This document shows positions 51,501-64,000 of a stretch of DNA of 64,000 nt, one piece after another (positions within the stretch are counted from its first letter, which is position 1; the number at the start of each line of letters is the position of its first letter). The translations under genes were made by a program, and so were the position numbers. The DNA is taken from assembly GCA_003344405.1 (NCBI GenBank), contig NOWV01000002.1:1426001-1490000 (forward strand), given 5' to 3'. The notes below the pieces were generated by a model, which saw nothing but the letters and a program-made list of their open reading frames with translations, ran no database searches and was not told the DNA's origin. This DNA comes from Trichoplax sp. H2 (Eukaryota).

Positions 51501-54394
51501 GCTAGTAGCCATAAAATATTGTCAAACAAGAGAATTTGTAAAATTCCCATATCTTTTGATTACCAGCAAACTTTTCTAGGATAATATATCCAAACTGACA
51601 ATTAAACCTCAATGGTATTGCAACGGGTAGGCGTAGTACTCACTGAGGACAAAATAGGCTTTCCATAACGTAGAAAATTATTTACAGAGACTCATAATTA
51701 ATTACATGGTGTTAAAGGATTTTTCAAGTTTTAATAGATCAATAGATAGTAAAATTTCCTTCTGCTTATTCACATATTAAATTTGGAATGTTTATTGACA
51801 TATTGAGAAAGAAAATAATTAAAAGATTTGTTAGCTTTGTCGATATCTTATTATTCGTATTTTGCTCACATCCGCAGAAAGAAGAATTAAATTTGAGGAA
51901 ATCCAATAATTCAAAGTTTATTCTTACGCTATAGAGTGCATCGGTGCTGTAGTACCTTTTTCATGCTTGTTGCTAATTTTTAATTATTTCTAATTATCTA
52001 GACTGTAATACCACTAAGAATGATAGCGCATATTACATATATCCGCTATGAAATAATTGCGGTCTTGGTCTTACAAATTGGACTATTTAATGTTTAATTT
52101 AATACTCAGTTAAATGCAGTAAAGAATTTTAAGTCTTCATCTTGCAATAAGTATGATAATCCTGTATTACTACAATTTTATCTCGTTACGATCATTTATA
52201 AAGCAGAAATAATCTATGATGCTATTACGAGTAAGAGAAGATTAAGTGAATTTTTAATAATAAGCTAGTGATATGGTTTACTTTTTGGCTAATTTAATGT
52301 TTGATTCTACGAGCAGCAGTGGAATAGATTAGTATTTGCTTTCCAATTAAGTTATGCTAATCAACTTAGTCATATGCTCAACAACAGAAAGATTTCATTC
52401 AAGAATGCCATTGGGAATTACCTTCAATTCTCATATCAGCCAATAGCTAGGGTATAGCTAGTAGTCTGAATGTGGGATATTATGCGATTGTGTCTAATAT
52501 CGGTATCGATCATTTAGTAGTAACTACCATCACAAAGAAATGCAATTTTTAACGATATTGAGAGCTAGGTAGTATATTATTCCACTTCAGCTCATAATGG
52601 CAGATTTATAGAGATTTATTTATAATTAAATTATACTATTATTGTTCTATAGTCTTCTCAAGTTTGATGCGTAAGTTTCATTTAAGAATTGGCAATTAAG
52701 CATTAGATTGATTGCATAGACTATGTTTGAAATGAAAGCCCATTTTGTAGCGAGGTATCAAAATTTTGTCACGGCAGCCAGTTTCGTTATGGTTGATATT
52801 ATAAATTATAATATTTAGGCAATGTTTCCGGAGATTTTATTCGATTAGATAATTACTTAATGTTCTTCATTATCGCGGGTTATTAATTTACGAATTTGAG
52901 CTCGGCCTAAACTTGCACTTTTTTCGGGATATGATCATCGTGTTATGGCTTTGCTTTTTACCGCATCCCATCAAAAAAGTCAATTTAGCGTGATACAGTT
53001 TATTGGCATTCAAACTAAATTTAGTCCTTTAAGATAAATATTAGTTTGTTCTCCTATCTCGTGGATTTAATTGATGATTAATGGACTAGAAGTATTAACA
53101 AATTGATATTACTATATGGGTATAATGATAATAACAAAGGCTTGTTCTATGATAGTAGTGTAGGAGAGAGTTCAAATTCTCAAGAAAATTTTGAGAAAAC
53201 GAGTAGAAGATTATAATTCTAGATTGACCTCTATTATACGGTACTTTCTTGTATATGATGTTAAAGAATGCTAATAGACTAGTCTATTCATGTCAAAATT
53301 TCCATTCTATATCTTAATTTATCGCTACTCTAGAATTGCATGAATTTTATAAAATCTCGATTACGCATCGTTAAGCTTAGGAATTGTATAGTTCGTTTAT
53401 AATTATAATTAAATCAAATAATACTGCAGAAATGGCTCTAAATTATAAAAGACTAAAGATATACATATTACCTTTGATAAAAGCTAATTGTTTCCTAAGT
53501 TGTTCAGTCTAAGATTATTATTAGCGCAAGAAAACATTTTAAATTATGTAATAAGATCATTTATTTGCAGTTACTTGATACGAAGCCACGGTTATGTTAG
53601 GTATATATTTGTTTTCGTAAATGGTAATTTTTTTATGTAGTCTAGACAGCAAGGAGAATTTTTGTGCACCCATACCCATAGATTGTTTGCTTAATTAATT
53701 CATTTTCAAGTCATTGACAGCTAACCAGATGTTTAGCTTTGATCTTATTGCCTTGTTTCAGCAAATAATTGACATAAAAATATATCATGGTTTAGAGTGG
53801 ACTTGCTTATGCTCATGGAAATATCTGATTGTAAATAAAGTGAACATCGTCATAGCAATAAACAAGCATCACTCAAAACATGAGAAGCCTTTACTATTAA
53901 TTAATATCAAGGGCAATTTGCAAATAGTAATCGATACTACGAAAAACTTAAATTATTTTGTTGATCAGGAATTACTGTTTTTAAATCTGATATAAATTTC
54001 AGTTCGATGTTGGCAAGCAGATTGCGTTTCTGTAGAAGTGCTTATGACAACGGAATTTAGTTCGCTACTTACAATCCATTTTGGATATCACAACATAATG
54101 ATGCCCGATTATTGCTACAAGATCCAACTGAATAATTTAATAATGTGTCCTTTGTATTTAATAAATTGTGAATTTTTGATAACCCACTAAATAATTTTTT
54201 GAAATCTGAACAAACATTAGCTTATCCAATATATAATGCTGTATCTATTTGTATTCTGAATAGAGAATGAATGCTATTCATTTTTTCTCTTATTCTAAAA
54301 TTACAGTATGAAAATTTTAGTATTAAAAATTAGGTCTCACATTAACTCGCCGATTCATTTTACTCACAATAATTACATCACAATTAATGTCAGG

Positions 54395-55062
54395 CTGATC
54401 CATTTTACTGTAAACAGAAGATTCTAAACGTACAAAGCCAATCGAAATACTCCTCAATTTGAAAAGTGAAGAAGGATGCCTAATAATTAGATAGAGCGAA
54501 ATGATATTTTAGAATCTTTAAAGGTAATTACCGGTTATTGTTTATTTTCTAGTTAGTTTCGTTTCATTTCAACTGATTCATAACATCACAGGTATTGAAA
54601 GCAATATTTATGCCTAAACAATAATGCTATTCTCCTTTCAATTCCTTTCATTAATTAGATAAGGTAGTAATTTCTGCAGAGTACTGATTATTAAAATAGT
54701 ATTCGTTATATCGCTAAGGGTGGCCACTGGGCCTTTAAATTTTGATTTCATGTAATATTCTGATGAAAATTNNNNNNNNNNNNNNNNNNNNCTGATCCAT
54801 TTTACTGTAAACAGAAGATTCTAAACGTACAAAGCCAATCGAAATACTCCTCAATTTGAAAAGTGAAGAAGGATACCTGATAATTAGATAGAGCGAAATG
54901 ATATTTTAGAATCTTTAAAGGTAATTATCGGTTATTGTTTATTTTCTAGTTAGTTTCGTTTCATTTCAACTGATTCATAACATCACAGGTATTGAAAGCA
55001 ATATTTATGCCTAAACAGTAATGCGATTCTCCTTTCAATTCCTTTCATTAATTAGAAAGGTA
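54395..55062. repeat. Near-identical ~270 bp duplicate on both sides of an assembly gap
   Basis: ctgatccattttactgtaaacagaag...attaattaga at 54395-54660 and again from 54792, immediately after the Ns. Confidence 0.85.
54772..54791. other. Assembly gap (20 N)
   Basis: Run of n in the sequence. Confidence 1.
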
Positions 55063-56172
55063 AATAATATTACTGCTATAAATTTACCACTTTTTGGCAA
55101 GATATAAAACAACGGGAATGTTGTTCAGATAATTAATATTATTTTGAATTTTGCTGTAAATTCTCAGAACTTCACGTTATAGGTGTGTAATATCTCCATG
55201 ATAGTTATTATTGTTTGCAATCTATAGAAATATGTTAATATAAAGTCTAAATATTCAGTACTAACATCACCACAGTTTGTTGATCCATTGACACAAGCAA
55301 TGAATTGTTCTATTTACTTTACTTATTAAAGTATCACAGCTACTATTTTCATGACATGTAATTGAATAGGAGATTCATCCTATTTTTACAAATAGTTGAG
55401 TCATAAAAATTTGGCTATGCTTTATATTGTCTTAAGCATTAATGGATCGTTGATTAATGCGAAAATTTCTATGTTTTAATGGATTAAAATCAGAGGCACG
55501 AATTATTTTTGATCACAAGCGTTATTTTATGATTGTGCTAATGTATGAAATTCCTTGATTTGTTATTACGCTATAAAATTAATATTAAACATTTATTTTG
55601 TAGCGATAGAGCTCTTATTTAGATTTTATACAAAATCGACTATAGTAGAAATATGAAATTGTTACAGTGTTATATACTGTATTAGAGTAGAAATATCTAT
55701 GTTAGGATAATTCATGTTAGACTATCCTTATTTTGTTAACTTCTAATTTGGATATACTGCGATTTAATATAGCACTGACTTTTTATGACAGTGACACATA
55801 TACACATACTGAAATTAATAGTTATAATAGGGAATGCAAATCATCTACTTACAGTTCGAATCATTGAGATTGTAATTTACTTATGGTAGATTGTAAATTA
55901 TCATGGAAATGTTCCGTGATAGGGCATATCGTAATCTGACTATTCTGTATTAGTCATTACATGTCTATGTTCGTAAATACTGTTGTCTGCATTAAGGGAG
56001 CAGTAGCTAAAATTAATATCTAATTCAGTAAATGATTCCGATATTAATTGTATTAACTATGACTCATGAACTATTGAGGAATAGTATATAAATGCAGTAT
56101 ATCGTGTAATAAAGCGGAATCTCAAACTTAGTGTTTAACGTAAAATACGAGGCGTTTAAGTCTTTGTGTAGT

Positions 56173-56192
56173 NNNNNNNNNNNNNNNNNNNN
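56173..56192. other. Assembly gap (20 N)
   Basis: Run of n in the sequence. Confidence 1.
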
Positions 56193-57268
56193 TAGAGTTT
56201 TCTACACAGCCATTTTGATTGTTACATTTTCTTATAACGGTTGTTATCGACAGAGCAAGCTTTGCTTGCATACGACAGCGATCCTTAGACACATTATAAT
56301 GATTGGTATAGAATTGACCACAGTACTAAGGACATTGAATCGCACTGTAGATATCTTACAGTACCTGCTAATCTTAACTTGGTATGTCCATCACCGTACA
56401 TTAATTATCGTAATGTGCTTTGGACTATTTACTAATCTTAATATAGCATAGTACATTACTGTTACAGGGATATATATAATATCAAATGATAATACTATCT
56501 GTTAATTTTATTAACAAATTGACCATAAACGTATATTTGACAGTTTCGCTTATCAACCTTAACATAGCATTAATACTGTATATAGTAACCATCCTTATTC
56601 GGTAAACATACTAAGACGAAAGTTACTTAACGAAATTTGAATTGGTATAGAAATGAATGATCTCTAGGGTTTATGTAAATATTATTGACAAGGTATAAGT
56701 AATTGATACAGATCATAAATAAATTTTATTGCATTATGAATTTGTGATATGTAAGGGAGTAATTGCCATATTACTTTTATTGTTCCTTTGCAATACATCA
56801 ATAATATTCTAATCAGCATTATAGAGTAATCGGATGTTAATAAAATGTTGTCAAATTATGCAAAGTAAACTTGCAAATGAGTGTTCAATCATAATATTAC
56901 TACTCAGCAATGGTTAATATAATTTTAATCTGTCCAGTAGCATTATTCTTCACATTAGGATATGTAGAGCAGATATTATAATTGCCGAATTACTATCAAA
57001 GACTGTAATAAGGTTTCATCCGTGAATGCATTATTGAAAAGTAGTATTCTACAAGCATATCTGTGAATATACTCAGTAGTGCCCGGCTATTACCGGGATA
57101 TATATAATGTCGAATGGTAATACTAACTATTAATTATTAACAAATGGGTACGTTATCAAATGCCGCGCCCGTACAATTAACAGTACTGTACTTTTGTACA
57201 GCATACAGTACACGGATAACGGTAAAAAGTTACTGAACCTCTGACAGGTCTATCAAATGGTAATACTA

Positions 57269-57326
57269 TCTGTTAAATGAGCACATTATCGTAAACCGTC
57301 AGCAAAGCGACGGGAGTTTGCACTAG
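57269..57326 (+). mobile_element. Helitron-like 3' terminus (copy 2)
   Basis: tctgttaaatgagcacattatcgtaaaccgtcagcaaagcgacgggagtttgcaCTAG|T. The paralogous site without the element reads ...aata|taaagtctaa (55240/55241), an A|T target. Confidence 0.62.
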
Positions 57327-60300
57327 TAAAGTCTAAATATTCAGTACTAACATCACCACAGTTTGTCAATCCATTGACACAAGCAATGAATTGTTCTATT
57401 TACTTTACTTATTAAAGTATCAACAGCTATTATTTTCATGACATGTAATTGAACAGGAGATTCATCCTATTTTTACAAATAGTTGAGTCGTAAAAATTTG
57501 GCTATGCTTTATATTGTTGTTACAGTGTTAAATACTGTATTACAGTAGAAATAACTATGTTAGGATAATTCTGTTAGACTATCCTTATTTAGTTAACTTC
57601 TAATTCGGATATACTGTGTTTTAATATAGCACTGACTTTTTATGACAGTGACACTTATACACATACTGAAATTAATAGTTATAATAGGGAATGTAAATCA
57701 TCTACTTACTGTTCCAATCATTGTGATTGTAATTTACTTAGGCTAGATTGTAAATTATCATGGAAATGTTCCGTGATAGGACATATCGTAATCTGACTAT
57801 TCTGTATTAGTCATTACATGTCTATGTTCGTAAATACTATTGTCTGCATTAAGGGAGCACTAGCTATAATTAATGTCTAATTCAGTAAATGATTCCGAGG
57901 TTAATTGTATTAACTATGACTCATGAACTATTGAGGAATAGTATATAAATGCAGTATATTGTGAAATAAAGAAAATTCTCCAACTTAGTGTTTAACGTAA
58001 AATACGAGGCATTTAAGTCTTTGTGTAGTCTGCTAGTAGAGCAAAAGTGTTTATGATAGTGCAGATATCGTTCCTTGATACGTGGTTCAAGGAATTGACT
58101 TATTGATCGTATATTACGTTATCTTGTCGCAAAGCTGTTTTGTGACAGAAATGTTATTTTAAAATGTATCTAGACTATCACAAACTTAATTGAGTGTACT
58201 AACATCAGTAGCATATCTTATTCAGGTGGATATAATTTGTTTTGTAGTGGTAGAGCTGTTACTTAGATTATATACTAAATCAACCATAGTAGAAATATGA
58301 ATCGCTATTTTAAAATGTATCTGGATTATTATGAACTTAATTGAGTACCGTAGTATTATTAACACACCTCTATTCCCAAGCATAAAAATATTTTGTACAA
58401 TATAATTTTATGAAATTGATTAAACTTCTACTTTTAAATTTAACGACTACCATGAGGACATTAAAAGTAAGTATTTGCAGCAACTGCTCTGAAATACCTG
58501 ATCTACATTCCCTGTTTACGTTTATTCGCTTGGTGAACGAGTTTTAAATACTAGCTTGATCAGTCACATAAAAGTCAATTAAAGCTGCTATTTTTGGAAA
58601 CCAAGATAGGAATAAATTTCAGTGTAGTGTATTCTTCATTACGATTTTAACCTTTTCATCTTTAATTTTTAAAGTGAAATAATGCAGGCTAGCAATTAAC
58701 GTCATTACAGTACGCTCTTAATCGAAACCTATACTAAATTACTGCCATTTGCCAAGAATCAAGCAAATAAGAAAATTTACAATCCTGCTCATTTCAGCCC
58801 TAAATATGCGTTATCATTACTAGTGAATTATCCGTTCAAATGAACAGGGATTAAACTTTAAACCAAACACACACTTAACATTTGAGGGTTGATTTTGTAA
58901 TTTAATTAAAATATTGCTGATGCAATGCAAGACGTTCAATTTTGATATATTCATTATTTCTAATCAGATTTCTACAATCACTTTGAGACTCACTTAATAA
59001 AGAGCATTCATCAGCTCGATGTTGAAACTTTAAATGATTAAGTGATTGGGGTGCTAAGAGAGAGAATGGAAAGTATTGTGATAGTAAAAGCAAATCTGTT
59101 ACGAATTTACTCAGTCAGGATTTATCGTGTATAGTAACGAGATTTTGTGATATTCTGAAGTTAATCTTACCAGCTTTTCATGATAATTTTTAGTATTTCT
59201 CAGTTTAAAAAAAATACTAGTATACTTGAAGAAAACAAGTTAATAGATAAGCTTCCAATGATGAGAATTATTGCACATTATATAGTTTAATGTGAAAGAT
59301 TAGCACCGGGATTATTTGTGTGACATATGAAATTGTATATAAGCTTGATTATTAATTTTTAATCTCAGTTCCACTGAGGCTAACGTAGAGTACACTGGTA
59401 CAAACGTAAACGGGCTAGTAATAAAGATACTTATTAACCTAAACCTATCGTTTGACTCGATTACTATAGTATAGGAATAAGTTAGTTTTCCCTTACTAAG
59501 GATCTCCAGAGTTAGTCGGAGAATTATAAGAGTAGATAGACAAGTTTAGGTACGATCACAAAAGCTGTTTTTGTACACTATGATCTACGCAATTTATTGA
59601 AAATATAGGTATTAGTTCCTATGTTGAAGACTAATTAAAGTCAGATGTAAAGCTCCTAGAGTATGGCAACTTTACCTTATGGTTATTAATTATCCACAGA
59701 TTTTGATTAATCTAAAATTAATAAGTGGGCATAAGATGCACTATTTGAGTGTTATTTGTGTTGGCATTCTAAAACAGCTTATTGATTTATTTTCAAATTC
59801 AAGAATAAATCTCAGCTAAGATAATTACTGTCCATTATAGAATTCCATTAGAAAGCACATTGGACACAATCTCTTAACCAGCGTAAAGAAATACGTGAAT
59901 ATGCAAGTAGTTTAGAAAAATATAAGAAAACTTTATTAATAACATAAATCTTGCTCCTTTTAGTCTTGCAATAGCAATAGTGTAAAGTATGGAATATTGT
60001 GTTCTAGCCAAAAAAAATTCTGCATTCTAAGACTTGAACCATCTTGGGTATGGCCTGCATATTGACATAATAATAATCAAAATATTTATCTTGATGCTGT
60101 AGGTCTACGATCATTATTCTTAAGTCCTTCCTTCTAGTCTCTCTAAGCACCTTGTATCAATTAAATTGTTTATTAGATTTACTTTATGAGTAGGACCCCT
60201 GTAAAAAAATTAGCCTCTGCTAGTTTTAACCAATAGCCTGCAAATTCTTTCCAATATCGTCTAGCCATTTATTAGACTTTAATTGACCCATTATACAAAC

Positions 60301-63300
60301 AAAAAACAACTGTTACTAAGTAGAAAATTACGCCGAACCTCTTTATCACCATATCGATTGCTATTGCTGCTGTTAATTTAGAAATTAAGGCACTCGGTTC
60401 TAATTATTTGATACACCGAAAGAAATTGCTTAATACTACGCACGGATTTGTAATTGAAATATATATATTTCGTATTTAAGAAATGTAATAAATTTTCTGG
60501 GGTACACTGATACAGTATTTATTATTCGACAAATTACAGCTAGATTTAAAAGATCTATTGGAATTATGATATTAGGTAAGTTCACAAAACATTTACCTCA
60601 GGAATAGCGACAACACCTTTTGATTAGAAATTATCTCAACATGACTGTAGATAATAGTTAATCATTTACGGTAGATATGCAGCTATAGATTTAGTTTTAT
60701 TTTATCATAAATGGTATTTATCATCAATATTGCTTTACCAGTTGAAACTTTCATTAATGAAAGGCCTGCAGAAAATGTGCTGTTGAAGATTGTTTGTTTG
60801 AAATTGACAGAGTTATTGACATCATTATAGATATTTAATAATAGGCTACCTAATACCACTTCATTTTCGAAGTTAGATTAATTTTGGGCAAACAGCCATG
60901 ACTGAGCGTCTAAGCTAAGATAAGTGATATCATTTCCTAAAGATTTCCTTTATACCCCTTTTAAATAATAAATAACCTTCATAAGTACGGCAAGATTCCA
61001 AAAACTGATCATTGCTTTATTTGGGTCAATGTTATTGCATATCAAGAAACAACAATGCGGTAATATTGGAGGAGTATGATAGTTATAAGGAATTAGCATC
61101 AAATTGTAAATACCGGTAAGGAAATATTGTAAAGCAGATTCCTTGTATATTTTACAAAATTTATTATAAATTATGGTCAGCTAAATATTGTCAACAGTTT
61201 GAAATCGAAAAAAAACTAAAGTAATAAAAAAGTATTTAAAGATTATGAAAATAACGAATTAAGCCTGCAATAATTAATGTATAAACATAATATGTAAAGT
61301 GAATTCCTGACATATTTTAGAAAATTTCTTATATATATATATGTTGCGATTTGAATGCATCGCTATCATTTCAAAACTGATAATTTTCAACAGAAATCCT
61401 AATAAAGCCTAAAATAGGAATTTTTAGTTTCTAGTTTGATTTACTGTAACTTTATAGGGAAAATCACCGTGCAAGAAATTTTAATGAAAGGTATACCAGT
61501 GTAAGGTAGGACAGTCATAAAAATAAAAGTAGGAGATATGATTAAAGTTTGACAGAAAATTTGAAGTAGAAAACATTGTAGTTGCGGATAGACAGTAATT
61601 TATTATGATGATTGATTACAGTACTGTATAATAACATCCGGGTATGGTTATCCGAAATCTCGGGTAATTCTACTCGCGAAATAATAAAGTGAGAAACCCT
61701 CCAAAAAGCTTTGTGCTTACTAAGACTCAAAATAAACCTTTTCACCTTCTGACTTTTTGGATTGAGTTTAGATTGGGTTTACTAAAGAATTGATCTCAGT
61801 TTTTACTTTATCATTTCCATAAAAATTTATCGCCTTCAGATAAAACCAATATTTATTCTAAGTCTGGATTGATTTTCATTCAAAAAGGTAGAAGCTTTAG
61901 ATACTGCCAGTACTTCGTTTTAAAATTGAAGTAATGACGCAGCATAAATGCTTAGGACATGAAAAGCTGTTATCGCTGATATGATTTGCAATATCAATTT
62001 TACACTAAGCTCTTAGATTCGTGTGTCACAGAGATTTCCGGCTGTTCTATGCGGTTTAGCTGGAAGCTAATCATTGACTTAACCTTACAATATGAGTTAT
62101 GCTGATATCAGTTTGTTATGGTATTGCGAACTTATTTGACTTGATCTATAAACTCGTATGTTGGTTAATCTAGAGATTTACTAATCTATACATGCAATGA
62201 GTAAAACTCACGTAATATGATGGTAACAAATTATCATCTTGTTTTGCTCGGCATTGTTAGGATAGTTACGAATTTTATCATTGTTTGTTGGGTATTGCGA
62301 GATCATTTGACGTAGACATCATATTCGCATCGTATAATCCAACGTGATATTAAAAGAGATAATGTAGTCGTATGCAAGGGCTAGAAACTAAATTAGTACG
62401 CCAGTTTATATCCTAATATCATTTCATAACGAGCAAATTCCTCTGAAGATCCTGCTATTATCTTGTTATACTGCACTGCTCTTGATGCTGTTCTAATTAT
62501 GATATTTATCTACGCTAAAAATGGTACGAGAGAGAATAATTATTGCTAAAATAATAATAGAAAATATTCTTTTGTAAGAGTCGCTACTGTGATGAATTTG
62601 TTAGCATCTCCCTTCCTTGATAATTTTTAGTTATTTATAATTGTGATGGTTACCAATACTTTATGTCGTTTTTACTCAATGGGTTTGGATTTTTGATCAT
62701 GAAAGTGGATAGCTGTCGTTACAGTGATTGTGAATTGAATACATACCTTTTTATGTTGAATGGTATCGGCTAATTTTTTTTTAATTTATGCTATTAACTC
62801 TGCTATATTAGAGATTTATAAGTTGTATATTAGTTGTTTATGAAGCTTAGGATTTCTATTTACCGTAATAATTGATGAAGCAGTGACTGTAATGATCTTA
62901 ACTACTGATATACTCAAAAAATTTTAAATATTTACAATTTTAGCGGCTTTCAGCACTTTACATTGATTGGATGCAGTAAGTAACTACATTCCAACGGGTA
63001 AGAGTAATTTTAGTTATTAATGATAATTATTATTTGTATATCTTTTGTTTATTACGTTTAATGGTTTTACTTATCCACCTCAATGCTAGTAATAGAAAAT
63101 AATTTATTATTTATTTGTCATATATAAGACATAGGAATTTCACCAAGATCATAAGTTACATTTATCAACTTTTATCGATAGTGATCAATCATTGTAATCG
63201 AACTTTTACATCACGTTTAAAAATTACTCAATTGACTGCATATACACCCTCTCTTTGAGATGACAGTTTTGAAAGATGCTAAAAAATATTGAAGCCTACC

Positions 63301-64000
63301 TGGTTAATGTGAAAGGATACAGAAAGTGACAATTATTTTGAAGGTGCTAAAACTGAAAAAGCATACCTATTCATTGGGAGCGGATATAGACCAAGTACCG
63401 TAGCTAAAAGTTACTGGAATTATCGTATTGAATGGTGAAAGAGATAGTATCAAGTAAATTTTAACTACGATTGCTTCAAGTACCAAAATCCATAAAATTG
63501 ACCGTAGAACTTGAAATGATACTAACACGTTTATACATATGTATAATCTTAACCATAAAATTACCTGCCTGGTATTGACGAAACAGTTTTCGAAATACTG
63601 TAGTTATGATAAAATTATAAGTTGTTTGTAACATAATTGTCGGTAACTCCCAGTAGAAGATTAAAATATAGCTAGAATGATGTTACTTTATCCGTGAATG
63701 CATAAGACATCGAATGTATCTGCTGTTGTCTCTAACAACAGACAAATGGCTCTTTTGCCGATTACAATTCCTAATTCATACCGTTAGAAGCAGATCGAGT
63801 ATTACTGACATCTTTTTGGGCATTTCTTTTGCGTACTTAGATTGAATCGTTACAATATTATCGGTAAAGACATATTTCATAGCAAAATAGGCAAATGGTT
63901 TGGCCTATTTATGACATAACAGTATTTTTACTTTTGGGGTTGCAACCTATTTTCTTTTAATACTTTGTTTTAAATGGCGTCCATTTAGAATTTTAATTTT

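Larger units (their letters stand above)
55241..58029. repeat. Direct duplication: 55241-56172 vs 57327-58029 (second copy lacks ~230 bp)
   Basis: taaagtctaaatattcagtactaacatcaccacag...aagtctttgtgtagt is shared. The segment ~55430-55660 is absent from copy 2, and copy 1 ends at an N gap. Confidence 0.9.

Overview
AT-rich eukaryotic (animal) genomic DNA with compact genes and many short GT-AG introns. Gene content, composition and intron sizes suggest a placozoan such as Trichoplax (inference, not verified). Genes rebuilt by hand from splice sites: two tandem STRA6-like membrane receptors (minus; one runs off the left edge), a GH29 alpha-L-fucosidase (plus; 7 exons, one GC-AG intron, apparent type II membrane anchor), a small ankyrin-repeat protein (plus), an SV2-family MFS transporter (minus; 9 exons), a CYSTM-type protein (plus) and an intronless LGR/RXFP-like 7TM receptor with no visible ectodomain (plus). 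Non-coding structure: (CAGTA)n/(TACTG)n pentamer islands between both divergent gene pairs; a higher-order minisatellite at 11.5-12.6 kb; a ~4 kb diverged tandem duplication (33.8-41.5 kb) that may hold a 3-exon 50-aa micro-gene and its pseudogene; two copies of a Helitron-like 3' end; several local duplications; and two 20-N assembly gaps. No recognisable gene was found at 46-64 kb. No CRISPR, rRNA or tRNA was seen.
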